DNA of 64,000 nt from the human T2T-CHM13v2.0 reference genome, Homo sapiens: NCBI RefSeq assembly GCF_009914755.1, contig NC_060925.1; one strand, 5' to 3'. Below are positions 24,956 to 39,625 of the stretch, one piece after another. Position numbers and translations under genes: made by a program. Under the pieces are notes generated by a model. It was not told the DNA's origin and did not search any database. It saw only the letters and a program-made list of their open reading frames with translations. The first letter of the stretch is position 1, and each line of letters begins with the position of its first letter.

Positions 24956-27900
24956 ACATGATAGGAAAAAACTGAGACAGAGTTAGGCATCCTGAGCAAA
25001 AGACCTTATTCTATTACTTAGTAGCTGAGGCATAAGGACAAACAACTTACTCTTTCCAGGCCTTAGTGCCTAGTTCATAAAGTGGGGATAATAACAATGC
25101 ACTCCTTATGGGGCTATTAGAAGGGAGAAAAGAGATTGTGGATATGTAAGCTCTCAATATAGCTGCAAAACTTTCTAACAATATCCATTAACTTTATGAT
25201 TGTTCTAAATCAATAATGTGATTGCTCTCCTGGGGATGCACATAGAAAATAAATTGTGCTTCTGATAAAACTGCTGCCATCCAGCCTCCAGGGCCCTTCA
25301 CAGCAGTCACTGTATGGTACAGTGTTGTTTAAAGAGCGAGCTGGCTAAGATGGCCAGTGCATGCCTGGAGTTTGGAGGGGCTTAGGATGCTGCCTGTGGA
25401 ACTGTCTTTCATCTCCCAGGAATGTCTGCAGTATTTACAGAGCAGACAGGGCCTTATCTCCACTACTGGGTCAGGGACTGTGAAGACCCTTCCCCAGCCC
25501 CCTCATCTCTGGTGGAGGGCATGCACAGGTTTCGGACAGCTGACCCTCTGGGCTGGAATGCTGTGAGCTCAGCCTGACACATCTTCCATCAATTTCCTTG
25601 GGAAAGAAAGATCCCAGAGAGGCAGGCTGCACCCATCCATCTGATCTCAGCCATCCTCGTGTCTTCAGGGTTTTATATCTTTATTGAGCATAACAAGTAA
25701 CTGGTGCACTTCACTCAAATGCCCATTACATGAGGCCAGACATTCCTGATCCTCACTGCATAGGTTTCTATCCATCATTAAAGAATGGACAGGAATTGCA
25801 TTCAGAGGAAGTGGTGGCTTATAGCAGCTTCACCCCATAAATTCTGATTAGGTGCTTTCTTAGCCAACATGACCTCTCTCCCATTGAAGACTTGAGATTG
25901 TCTTCTTTAAAGCAGAATCAGACCACTGAAAACCCCGAAGCCAGATAAGCCTGATCATAAATACCAGTTCTCACATTTATTATGTAACATCAAGCTGTTA
26001 TGTGAATTAAATGAGATAGTGTACATTAGGGTCTTAGCCCACTGCCCAAGACATAGTGAACCCTCTATTAAAGTTATCTGGTACTTAGCTGTTGTGCTGG
26101 CTGCATGATTTTAGGCAAGTCAGTTCGCTTTACTGAGCCTCGGTTTCCTCATCTGGAAAAGGGGAGCATCTATAAAAGGTGGCTGAGAAGGAAGCAAGAG
26201 GTTTCAAACTCAGAGCAGGCTGGGCTCATTTTCTACTTCTTTCAGTTGGTAAACTATGTTTCCTTGGCACACTGTTTATTGGTTTAATGTCTCAGAACTT
26301 TGAGTTCCTTATTTGTAAAATATAGATAATAATGCCCATTTTTCAGGGTTGCTGTGAAAACTACAGACCATGTCTGGAAAGGATATTGCATGAAAAACAA
26401 CTATGACATGATTTCTAATAGGTGACTGGCAGAGTGATTACCGCCTTAATTTTGAGTGACAGCAATTTAAATCTGGTGTCTGAAGCCACTGCCTCCTTCA
26501 AAGGGTAAAACAAGATGGTCACCAGCCAACCCAGCAGCAACAGGCACTGAAGTAGACACTGAGGATGCAGGCGATGAGCCGTGTCCATGAAATCAGAACC
26601 AGGCTCAAATGACCCAGGCAGCCACTAAGTGCTTCTGTTGGGGAGATGAACACTCTCCCATCTGTCCCTCCCAGCTGCTTCCTGCCCTGCTTTAGGAGTT
26701 GAGGGTTCCCGTAGAACTGAATTCATGAGATAGTCAAAATCAAATGGCCTCTTGGCCTCTAGCTTTCATCTCCTCCTCAACCCCCACATCCACCTGGTCG
26801 TTCATGACCTAAAAGCAGCTATGTCATATGACACCTTGCTCAAAGAGCAGAGTGGATCCCTAATATCTCCTAAATAAAAGTTCAGACTTAAAGCATAAAG
26901 TTAAGGTTTTCTGGAACGTTCCACAGCTTATCCTGATGAGAGCTCAGGACATCGTAGAGTCAGAGGGTTCTGGACTAGGAGACCAACACATCTAGCTCAA
27001 GCCTGGCCCATGCCACATAGTGTCTAATTTGTGTGGAGCAAATTTCTTGTGGGAAACGAGTTAATATTCTTCAGGCACTATAAGATAAGACACAGAGTTA
27101 GGCACTTCTTCATGTTTTTTCAATTAATTCTCACAATAACCCCTCTGAGGGAAAGAGTCTTATTGTCCCTGTTTTGCAGGTGTGGGGACAGAGCTGAAGA
27201 CCAAGCAACACAGGTAGCACCTCTGAGGTTGGTGGGGACCCCAAGACCACCTACCCACAGGAAGTAGGACTCCCTCCTAACCATGTGAGGTACAAAGCTT
27301 TTGCCAACATCAGCTTGGCTTAAGTATCGGCACTCTTTCTGGCTTCATTCTCCTTTCTTCTATATCTACAGCTAAGCTATAAAGACCAGCATGGCGCCTG
27401 GGATTACTATGGATTCAAAAAACTTTGCAAAAATATTTTGGAGGCTGGACTCATCACCAGGTACCCATCATAAGGTAAAGAACAGGCAACCTCTACAAAG
27501 CCTCAACTAGAGCAGGTCTCGCCATTATACATAAGTTCCATTGCATTTACCTTAGAGCACTCATAATTATACCTATTGGGAAGATGAAGCCCGTAGAATT
27601 CATGAGGGTAAGAATAATGCCTGATTTGCTCACCACTGCATCCTCAGTGTACTTGATTTATACTTATTGAATAAATAGAAGAATTAATAGGACTGTTTTA
27701 CCTGGAAGATATGTGTACAGTATAAATTGCAACAGGAAGGAGCATTTGAAAGAAGTCAGGTAGGTACACATTGGGGAAACTCAGACCCCGCTGGCCAGGA
27801 TTTGTGAAGTCCATACAGCGATAAGGAGACTAAGGTAAGGTTAGTTACAGGCTCCCACGAGAGCAAAGCTCCACCTGAGTTCCACCTCCACCTCTGCCCC

Positions 27901-28303
27901 AACTCACATTGCATAACCTTGGGAGGTGCCATCACCTTCCTGGCTCATGTCTTCCTCACCTGAGATGTGCAGAGCTTGGATCAGGCTCACAACTTGCTTC
28001 CAGATCTGATATTTACATTTCCCTATTGGCTAATACCTCTTGGCTAATACCTCTTCCTCCAACTTTTAAGGACATTTTGAAATAGTTGAAACTGTTCTAA
28101 ATATTAGAATATTGAAGACAGCTACTGAGGGTATAACACATATTGACCAACCTCTACCTCAGAATGATCCAAAGACTAAGGTAATTCAAAGGGGAAGAGA
28201 AGTCCCAGATATTAGAGTTAGGTGGCTTAAATGCCATCAGAGGGACTTCCAAGTGCCCTCTTGTGAGTGCATGCGTGAACTCTCTCTCTCCCTTTCTCTC
28301 TGT

Positions 28304-28309
28304 CACACA

Positions 28310-28346
<37 letters not shown>

Positions 28347-28348
28347 GC
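28304..28348. repeat. (CA)n(CG)3(CA)n alternating purine-pyrimidine tract
   Basis: Read directly from the sequence. Confidence 0.9.
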
Positions 28349-28526
28349 TAATCTTGCTACACTCATCTGAACCAAAAAAAGAAAACAAACAAACAGACCT
28401 AGACAGTGAGTTGCGAGAGGGATTTGCAATTTACTATTCTATCTATTCCCTTCTTTTCAGGTCTTTATTCATTCAAAGCCTTGATCAACTGAGCACTAAG
28501 CATCACCTCATCAAAATCACCTGGAG

Positions 28527-29032
<506 letters not shown>

Positions 29033-31872
29033 TCAGCCCCCATTTCTTAAGCCTACTAAAGTTTTAGATTATGTAAAATGCTTAGCACAGTTAAGAGACT
29101 GTTCACATATGCCAGGCACCTTATCTAGTAGCTGGAAGCATACGAAATTGCCAATTGCCAATAGTCTATCATTTTTGACCTTTAAAAATGGCAATTTCAT
29201 ATGGCTCAACCGAATGCATTGGCTAGATCTCATCCCAACCTTCCAAGCAGACATAGTTATTCCTAGTTTACAGTAAAGACCATGAAACTCCAAGGGGTTA
29301 AACATCTTGCTGAAGGGCACAGCTCTAATGAAAGGCACAGGTGGGATTCCAGTGCAAGTCTCTTCTGCCTGCAGCCTTGGTTCCTCCCTCTGTTCTCCAG
29401 CAATCCACCACTGCTCCTCAGGACGACTGCAAACACCAGACGGAAGTGCATCATTTTGGCCACAGTGTCCCAGGTCGAAACACCACCTCTGACTCCAAAC
29501 AGAGCCATGAGTTTGTCCCTTGAGGCTCGGGCTATGTGCACAAGTTTTCAGAACGCCTTGTTTCTTGTCAAAAACTAAACTGATGTTTTTCCTGGCATGG
29601 CTTTTGGAAGGGAGCATGATTGCTGATTAAATATGAAGTGGTTTGAAACCTAAGTGTCTCTCTGAATAACGTAATGTTTACTCCCCACAAGGAAGGCATG
29701 CCAAGGGGCTGTCTCATAGGGGTTATTTATGTGTCCAAGTCTCCAACAACCCCTCTGGAAACTGTTGCAGTGATCCTTTTTGGGTTTGACACCCCCTGAG
29801 GGATCTGTGTCCTGAAGTGGCCTGAGGGCTGGAAGGGAGTGTTCTGTCCCCAGCACCACCAGCTCTGCTGATGAGCCCTGAGCTGGGTACACTGTACCTG
29901 CCCAGAGAGGCTAGAGACTTGCAGACACATTTCCCTGTTCCCTTACTCAGAGTAGGGAACCCTAGCCTGTGAGGCTGCAGAAGGAATCCCGGAGGATAGT
30001 GGAAGGAAGGAGAGCAGCGTTGTCTAGGAGGGCTCTTATGTCATCTCTGATTCCTCAAAGACCCTCAACGTGGTTGTTCTTGTTGCCATTTCACAAATGA
30101 GAAAACCAAGACCCATAAAAGTTAATTCTTTTCTCAAGTTCACACAGGATTTGAACCCAGGCCAGTCTGATTCCAAAGCCCCTCTTTATTTCAGGAAGGA
30201 AGGAGAGGCAGGAGGAAAGGGGAACTTATTTTATGCCAAGTATATGCTAGGGGCTTCTCTTTCCATTATCTTTTCTATGCTTTCTGCTACTCCTGGGAGG
30301 AAGGTATCATTACGCTTATTTCACAGGTAAGAAAACTGAGGTCCAGGGTATTGGAGTTTTTGCCCAGGATCACTCAGGTAATAAATAGCAAAACCAGGCT
30401 ATAGCCCAGGCTGGTTTACATTTCCTACTCCTTCACGCTGACTCTTTAGTGATGAGTCCCACAGTCTGGGTCTCTTCCCAACCATGACACTTGACCTCAG
30501 TTTCCCATTCTGTATCATGAAAAGGACGTAAGCATCTCCCAGGTTTATAAACCTGATATAGCATAGGCCCATTAGTACAGTCTCCCCATGTTGGAGAGAC
30601 AACATGGCTCCTAACTGAATTATAAAATAGTGTTCAAGTTGCTGGCCCTTGAATTGTCTTTCAGAGAAAACATATCTCAGAAGATATAAAAAGAATTAGC
30701 CTCATTCCCCAAGGAAAGATTGAGAGAGGGACTGGCAAGAAGCTTCCAGAATTCCTTGGAAAGTCCCTGAAATAGCTCATATGGCCACCTCTCTCAAGCA
30801 GAGCAGGATAAGTGTGGCAATTTGGGGCTGTCCTGAAGTGATTCTCGGCTTGCTTAGAAGCTGAGCAATATTTTCTACCCACCTGCCTGTAGCAAACCTA
30901 CTCCCAGGTCATCACCCCCAATTTCGTCATCCTTTTCCATGCTCCCATATCAGCAAGAGTTGGGGCTTCATGAACCCCTTGAAAACATTCAGCTCTGGGG
31001 CCATGAGTCATAGTAGAGGCTACACTAGACTAACCCCCAGAAAGAAAAGGACTAATAAAATGAAACTCCCAAAAAGAAAGGACAGTCACTAATTGGTCAT
31101 CGTCCTCGTATATGCCAGGTGCATATTCAATAATCAAAATAACCCATAGTGCAGTACTTCTTTTACAAAATAAGAAAAAATAACAATGAAAAGGATAATA
31201 AAGGCAATAAGAATAGTGATAACAGTAACCAACATTTGCGGAGCTCTTTCTTTGTGCCAGTGTGCCAGTCTTTTTGCATGCATTAGGCTGATCCTTAAAA
31301 TAACCAGATAAAATATTTACTATTACTGTGCCCATTTCACCAATAACACTCTTGAAGCTCGGAGAGGTTGAGTAACTTATATCACACAGCAGGTAGCTGG
31401 CAGATTGAGAATATGAACCTAGGTCCGTTTGATCTGAAAACTTTGGCTCCTCGTCATTAAACCATGAGGCCTCCTGGAGAAACTGGATTCACAAGTATTA
31501 CCTTCACTGAAGCATTTATCCTCTCTGAACCTCAGTTTCCTTATCTGTAAAATGGAGTTGTGTGGGGAACAAGGAAGATGCTAGATCCAGTCATGTATTT
31601 GGTCCGTCATTCCACAACCACTGGGACTCCTTTGGGTTATCAGGCACAGAGCTGAGTTCTGGGGTTCAGGGGTTAAATGAGAATCTCCACTGACAAGTAC
31701 AACAGGCACAGATGTGACTGATCAGAGTGTAGCATGCCGAGTGCCATCAGAGCATGCGTGCACTCCCAGAAGCACCAAATAAATGTTCTTAGTTATGACA
31801 GACCTTAAATAAATTATTATTATTATCATTGCTATTCATTGAAACATTAAAGGCATATTCCCTTCTGAGTCT

Positions 31873-32029
31873 CACTTCCTGGGGTTCTCCCACTAGCTCC
31901 CGCCAGTTTCCCAGATGGACGCCTGGGTCAACTTGCGACACATTGGACTTTTGTTTTTAACCCTCCAGGACCTTACGGCCCGGAAAATCCCAAAGGTGAC
32001 TCAGAGACTTTCAGGGAAAGTGATCAAAG
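31873..32029. promoter_or_regulatory. Candidate inducible enhancer (NF-kB/AP-1/ETS)
   Basis: CACTTCCTG 31873, GGGGTTCTCC 31881, GGAAAATCCC 31982, TGACTCA 31997, GGAAAGTGA 32015, ATCAAAG 32023. Confidence 0.4.
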
Positions 32030-32999
32030 CTGAGGTCCCTAAGGGCACTGGATTCTATACTCTGCAGCTTCCCCTATCCCAGAGCAGGAGAACGGGCTGG
32101 AGCTGAATCCCACCAGCCTCCTCATACCCTGGGGCAGCTGAAGGAGAGGCTGCCCAACCCTCAGGAGAGGGCAGCCAGCTAGGGGGTCTCACTTCCCAGG
32201 TTCCATATGTCCCTCAGCTCTGTGTTAATTGTGGGTCTCTGGGCAAGTCCCTCCAAGTTTTAGGGTCCCCGTCTGAAAAGTGGGAATAGAATTTCTGCCT
32301 TCTGTTATATATGGCTGCTATAAAAACTAAATGAGAAAGAGTATTGTGCTATGATATACCTATTAGACATAATTCATTCATTCTCTATCCATCGAACAGA
32401 CACTTTGTGTCACAAACTGACTACATACCTAACATTTTCCATGTAGTAATCCCATATGTAAAACTAAGTATTTTATGTATATGAGCTAATTTAATCCTCA
32501 CAATACTATAGGTAGATATTATCTGTATCCCCATTTTACAGATGAGGTAACCGTTCATATAGAGGCTAAGGACCTTGCTTAGGGCTACACAAACACAGCT
32601 GATGAGTGACAAAGCAGGTAGCCTCGCTCTGGAGTCTGTGCTCTTCACCTCTCCCTTCTCTGAGGGTGAGACATGGTGCCTGTCCTGCCCACAGGGGGTT
32701 ACAGTCTGGTAGGAAAGACAGAGTAAGCAGACAATCATAGTATATACGGTGCATGTTGTGATGGGGAGTGCAGGGGATCAGAGCCAGAGAAGGGGCTCAC
32801 ACCCAGCCCAGGGGGATTAAGGAAGACTTCTTGGAGGAAGTCAATACAGAGAAATGAAGTCATCCTGGGCAAAGCACTAGTTGCGGGAGAGCTCTGGGCT
32901 GAGAAAGAGGCTGTTGCCTTTGAATAGTGGAGAGAAGTTGGAACACTGGGTTCAAGGGCAAAGATAGGCCGGGGCAGATCCTGTGAGACCTTGTAAGCT

Positions 33000-33430
33000 G
33001 TTGTCAGTCAGGGACCCAGCAGCAAAGAGATGGCATGCTCACCTGAGTGGTTTAAGAAAAGTTTAGCAAAGGAACTTTGCACAAACTGTGGGCAGGGAAG
33101 ATGAGAAGTAATAATGGATGCTGCACTACTCCTGGGCTAGTAGCCATTACCACCCCGAAGCCTGGAGGGGCAAGAGGAGGAAGCAGCATAGGGAACACTA
33201 TGGCAGGAGCTGTGGCCTCCAGGTAGAGGGAAGACCAGATAAGAGGGAGGCAACAGGTAAACACTGACTGCTCTCCTCCTGCCCTCCCGTCTCTTGCTGG
33301 GCTTCACTGGCTGAATCCAACTGAAAATGCAAATGTGTGTGGGTCCAGGAATGCACTCCACACAGGTCAGAGTCTTGGGGCACACAGCAGGGTGGGGAAG
33401 GGAGGACAATGGACCTCTGCCAACAGTCAG
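33000..33430. mobile_element. ERVL solo LTR (LTR33-like)
   Basis: cagtcaggacccagcagcaaagagatggcatgctca...tgtgggcaggg...gggctagta resembles LTR33. Confidence 0.6.
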
Positions 33431-33510
33431 AAGATACTCTTACTCAGAGGCTTATTTTTTATCCCAAGGACAGGGGGAGCCATCATAGTGATGCTATCAA
33501 ATCTCTACTG

Positions 33511-33817
33511 TTTTTTTTTTCTTTTTTTTCTTTTTTTGAAACAGAGTCTTGCTCTGTTGTCCAGGCTGGAGTGCAGTAGCACAATGGGCTCACTGCAACT
33601 TCTGCCTCCCGGGTTCAAGCAATTCTCCTGCCTCAGCCTCCCAAGTAGCTGGGACTACAGGCACGTGCCACTACGCCCAGCAAATTTTTGTATTTTTAGT
33701 AGAGACAGGGTTTTGCCATGTTGGACAGGCTGGTCTTGAACTCCTGGCCTCAAGTGATCTGCCTGCCTCGGCCTCCCAAAATGCTGGGATTATAGTCATG
33801 AGCCACTGTGCCTGGCC
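33511..33817 (-). mobile_element. Alu (AluS/J)
   Basis: Full antisense dimer. Confidence 0.95.
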
Positions 33818-34043
33818 TCCATTTTAGAAGGATAACTCTGATCACAGCAAGAGTGAAGGCAGGGACCAGGGAAGAGGCTGGTACAGGTGTCCACGTGGAA
33901 GGGGTGTGGGCCTGAGCCCTGGCAGGGAAATTTAAGCTAAAGATACTTGGACATGTCATTGGATAAGGCCTTACCAAACCTCAAGAAACTGCAAACCATC
34001 CCTCTTTCTCCTTCCCTACTGACACTGTAACACACCCTTATAT

Positions 34044-34086
34044 ACACACACACACACACACACACATATTACCACCACCACCACCA
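34044..34086. repeat. Compound microsatellite (CA)n-(CCA)n
   Basis: Read directly from the sequence. Confidence 0.9.
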
Positions 34087-36904
34087 ACCACCCCCCGCTC
34101 TTTGGCCTGCCCTGGTGCTGTCACAGGCCATAGCCTCCTGTCTTCTGATTCTGATTCCACTCACACTTCAGCATCCTCATCGTAGCCAACACTGTGCCAT
34201 TATTCCATTCACACTATCTGCAGATCACAGATCTGGATACTATGTTCTCATCTGACAAATGAGTGACAAGAAGGACAGAAAAATCCACAGACTCATCCAA
34301 GGCTCCCACAAAAAGTGAGTGTAACATAGCCAGGATGTGAACCCATGTCTCACCCAAAGCACACCATACTCCGACTGTATGCAGAGGAAACCACCTCCGC
34401 TGCCCCTCCTTTCTTTTACTTTTCCCTCTTCCCTGCCATGAGACAGTGTGTCTTAGACTTTGACCCCACAGAGTTTTCCTTAGCAAGACGCCTCCTCCCT
34501 GTACAGTCCTCAATGGACAGAGTTGGTTGGGTACAAAGTCCTCTTCCCCCTGCCATAGAAAGCCTGGTGCATGGCTGAAGCCTCGCAGGCTGGCCATCCC
34601 CACAGCAGAAGCGCTGCTCCTCCCATCCTCCTGCACAGAGGGCATTGCCTGCTCTGGAATGGGTGAGCCTTCATAATGTGTTATGGCAATTTAGTCACAT
34701 AATGGCTTGTACTTGGAGAGCATTTACTTTATGCCAGGCATTATTTTAAGTGCTTTACATTTAATTGTTACAAAACCACATGTGGTGAGTCTATTCCCAT
34801 TCTACAGATGAGAAAACTGAAGTGCAGAGAGTTAAAATAAATCACCCAAGGACACAAAGACAGTGAGTAGCAGGGCTGGATCAGAATTCAGGCAGGGTGG
34901 CTCCAGCATCTGTTGGCTTAACCTCCTCATATGCTTTTTGTCTGAACTGGAAAGCCCCAAAGCACATTCAATACTACCCCTCATTTTGAAAACAAAGAAA
35001 ATGAGGCCCAGGGAGAAGAAGTGAGTGACTTGCCCGGGTCAGTGACAGAGCCTGGAATACAGCCCCTGACTCCCAGGCCAGTGCTCATCTCATCTCCTGA
35101 CACTGCACTTCACCAGGACTCTCTCCCCAAACTCTGCATGTCCTTGGCTGCAAACAGGCTGAGTTTCTCACTAACAGCTCAATTATACTGGAGTGAGCAC
35201 TCCCCTCCAGGAAGCCAGTTTACGGGACATTAAAATCTCTTACTAATGACCTATATTCCTCACATCCAAACTGGAGCTTGGCCATGTACTCCAAGCAACT
35301 CCTTGCAGGAGTCACAAAGCTTTTGACTGGGGAATAACCAAAGCCAAATATTTCCAGAGGCAGGAAACCCCCTAGGGTCCCATTCCTCAGCTCCTCCTCA
35401 GCCCACAAGGAGGTTGTTCTAATGTCAATGGAAGATACTTTCTTTTTTCTCTGAAACCTTCAGAGATGATAACCTGGTGAGCCTGGGGCCACTATCACCT
35501 CCTCATCACCCCCACCCCATATTTATTCTACAGATGAAAAACTTCAGGATGGGAAATGTCTCTATTCAAACCCCTTGTTGAACCAATGGGGAAACTGAGG
35601 CCAGCAAGAAGACTGGGCCATGCTCCAAGGCACACAGTAGGGCCAGCAATGGCCAGAGGCAGGGCTGGAACCCAGATCTGTCCACTCTGAATTCTAATTC
35701 TTTCTACCACCCCTCACAGGGTCCTCCCAGCACCTTGTTTGTCTAGAGTACATAGTTCTTTTAAAAGTGGTTTGTATAATTCTTAAAATCCTGAAGAGTT
35801 GTAAACAGCCTTTGTAGAAATACAGAAAAACAGTTCGGGGAATAATTTGTCTCTTTCTTCCCCTGCTTAATTTTTTGATCTCAGGATGACAAGGCCAGTG
35901 ACCAATCTGTCCTCTTCCTTTCCCCCTGGGGGCTCGAAGGAGGTAAATCTAGGGCATATCAGTGAGTTCGGTGAACTGATGTTTGTGAAGTGCTTCAGCT
36001 GACACAGTGTTTTCATGTGACATTTTCAACAGCCCTGTGAGGTAAACACATGCCTATTGCAAGGGAGGCCATGTGGCCTGCCGCGTGGCCACTAGACATT
36101 GGAGTGAGGTCAACCTGGGGCTGGATCCCAGCCTCAACACACACATGTGAGCTCAAAGTTACTTATCTTCTCTACTTTCCTCATTTATAAAATGGGCATT
36201 ATACACACCTTGCAGAGACATTAGGCAGATTGAATAAGGTGAGGCATCCGGGACTTTACAGCACTCAGTAAATGTTAGCAGACATTATCTCTGTACTGTC
36301 CTCTACCAGGGAGTGCATTACAAAAAAAAGTAGTTAACTCCCGGGGTTTGTTATTCCAATACAGGCAGAAAGTATAAATTAGCATCAGAAAGGCTTTGAT
36401 AGACTCCAGATGACAAAGCCATAGTGGGAGCTAGTATGCTCAGGACTGGCTCGGTACTCTGGTTAATCTAATCAGAGTGAAGCCAGGTCGTGTGTGGGAG
36501 CTAAAGGGAAGATGCAGTATTTTTTTCCTCTAGATATAAACCTGGGGAATGCAGGCCTGGAGCTGCTGGCCCATCCTGGTGCTATGTGGAAACTGAGACT
36601 GAAGCCAACATGGAAGAAAGGAGTCCTGAGAGAGGAAGAGAGATCATGTGAGACCCCTCCAGCCAGTCCCAGCCCAGGATCTCGAAACTGTATGAACTGA
36701 TACATTCTTTTGCAGAGCAGGGGTGTGCGTTATCTATCACTGTTGTCTATCACTTGCTCGTGAAAGAGTTCCACTCGCTTCAAGGGTTGTCGAAAGAGCC
36801 AAAGAGATACTAGCCTGCTGGTTGATGAGGGTTGGTGCACAGGACTTTTCAGAAGGGCTGTGGAAATGTTCTATTTCTTCAACTGGATAGTGGGCGTACC
36901 AAAC

Positions 36905-37210
<306 letters not shown>

Positions 37211-37854
37211 TTAAGGCATACCACATTTCTTATGCTATTCTTCATGCTTTGAATGTATAACATATATATGTGTAATTACATAAATATATAATTCTACCTA
37301 AGAAGTATAGCTTGGAACAACTTTTCTAGAGACAATTTGGCAATACCTATCCATTTAAAATGCACAAATCTTTTAGCCTTAAAATTCCTCTTCTTATCCT
37401 AAGAGAATATTAAATTGTGCACAAAGATTTCTATACCACAGTGTTTATAATTTCTAAAGAAATTTTGAGTTTTGTCAATAAAGAATTGAGTAAATTTTGA
37501 TAAATCCTTGCAATGGACTATTATGAATATTATGTTATTAAAAAGAATATGGTAGATTTTTTATGCATTGACAGTGGAAAATATCTATAATACAAATTTA
37601 ATTTAAGAGGGCAGGAGGACTGTGTATCATTTAGAGATTGTATCCAAGTACCAAGTACAAGTCATAGAAGACCTGACCGCAGTGACATAAAATCACAGAG
37701 GATTATTCTCCAGTGATAAGGAAGGCCTGAGGAAGGTCAATCAGGTCTGGCATGGCTATTCCATTAAGTTATCATGATTCATGTGCCTTTCCCTCGGTGT
37801 CCAGTGTGTGGTTGCCTCCTCAGGGTCACTTCATGGCTTAAGATGATTGCTTCA

Positions 37855-38155
<301 letters not shown>

Positions 38156-38533
38156 GTTGATTGCTTCACATCTGTTCTGTAGTCCAGAAGAAAGAGGGCA
38201 AAAAAAAGCATAAAAAGACACACCTCTCATCCAAGAAAGCTACTTCTATGGTGCTCCACAACATGTCTTCTGTTCTGTCAACGGCCAGATATTAACCACA
38301 TGGACACATCTAGCTGAAGGGGAGGCTAGGACATGTTGTCTTTATTTTAGGCGGCAATGTATTCAGCTAAAAGTCAAGACTGCACTAAATGTGTGTGTGT
38401 GTGAGTGTGTGTATAAGGCAATGCAACATATGTGCTTATATGAGTATAGAATAAAATCTAAAAGCATATATGCATAAAAGATGGTTATATCTAGGAAGTC
38501 AAATTAGAGGGTATTCTTTCACTTTCTACTTCA

Positions 38534-38862
<329 letters not shown>

Positions 38863-39460
38863 ATTCAACAAAATTTTATTATTCTTAGAACCAGGAAAAA
38901 ATAAATAAAGCTATCTCAATTTTGAAGAAAAAAAGAGATTATGGTGTTAAAAAAAAAAAACCCAAAAGTCCTATAATGTAAACCAGAGTGCAGTGCATTA
39001 TGTAATTAGCAAGAATATTTTATGCCAGGGTTTGAGTATATAAATACAGAATCATTCAATTATTAAACATTCTTAAAGTCTTCAGAGTGTGGCAGACATT
39101 AAATAAGGAAAAGACCAAATGCAAGCAACATGAAAACCTCTTTTCTAATCTAAAGAAATTAGAGACCATTGGCAATACTCTTATCATGATTCACTGAAGA
39201 CTTTTTTTTATAAACATGTGCTCTCTCCATGAAGATTCATTCAATGACATTAATTGAGTATCCATCTGGGCCACGTAATTTATTAGACACTTTCTATATT
39301 TTCTCATTTAACTCTGGGGAAAAAAACGCTATTGGGTAGATACTATTGCCCCATATTATAGATGAGGAAACCAAGGCTCAGACTGGTGAAATTAGTCACT
39401 CAGCCAAGTTCAGCTCGACCCTAGATCTATCTGACTTCAAAGCCCATGGGGGATGCTTTT

Positions 39461-39625
39461 CAGCTGAATCAGCCCCAACCCCTCCTCTGGAAGCCAAGGC
39501 TGATAAATGATAAATAATCCTCACCCGAGTTTCCACGTCTCATACCTTAGGAGCCTCAGAGTCTGAGTCTTTCTAAAATTAGGTCGATCGCTTCCTTCCT
39601 TACGTCGAGCCAGTTTTAAATATAG
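39461..39625. promoter_or_regulatory. Candidate GATA/MEF2 enhancer
   Basis: CAGCTG 39461; tandem TGATAA 39501 and 39508; MEF2 consensus CTAAAATTAG 39573 and TTAAATATAG 39616; local CpG retention. Confidence 0.4.

Noticed and set aside
28026-28053. 14-bp tandem duplication ttggctaatacctc
   Set aside because: Ordinary slippage duplication; two units with no spacer, not an array.
29461-29488. CACAGTG heptamer with 12-bp spacer as a V(D)J signal
   Set aside because: The nonamer acaccacct matches ACAAAAACC at only 5/9, the heptamer occurs repeatedly by chance, and no V/J segments are present.
29069-29617. Longest ORF (182 aa, minus strand)
   Set aside because: Runs through MIR relics, has no recognisable motif, and overlaps several equally uninformative frames.
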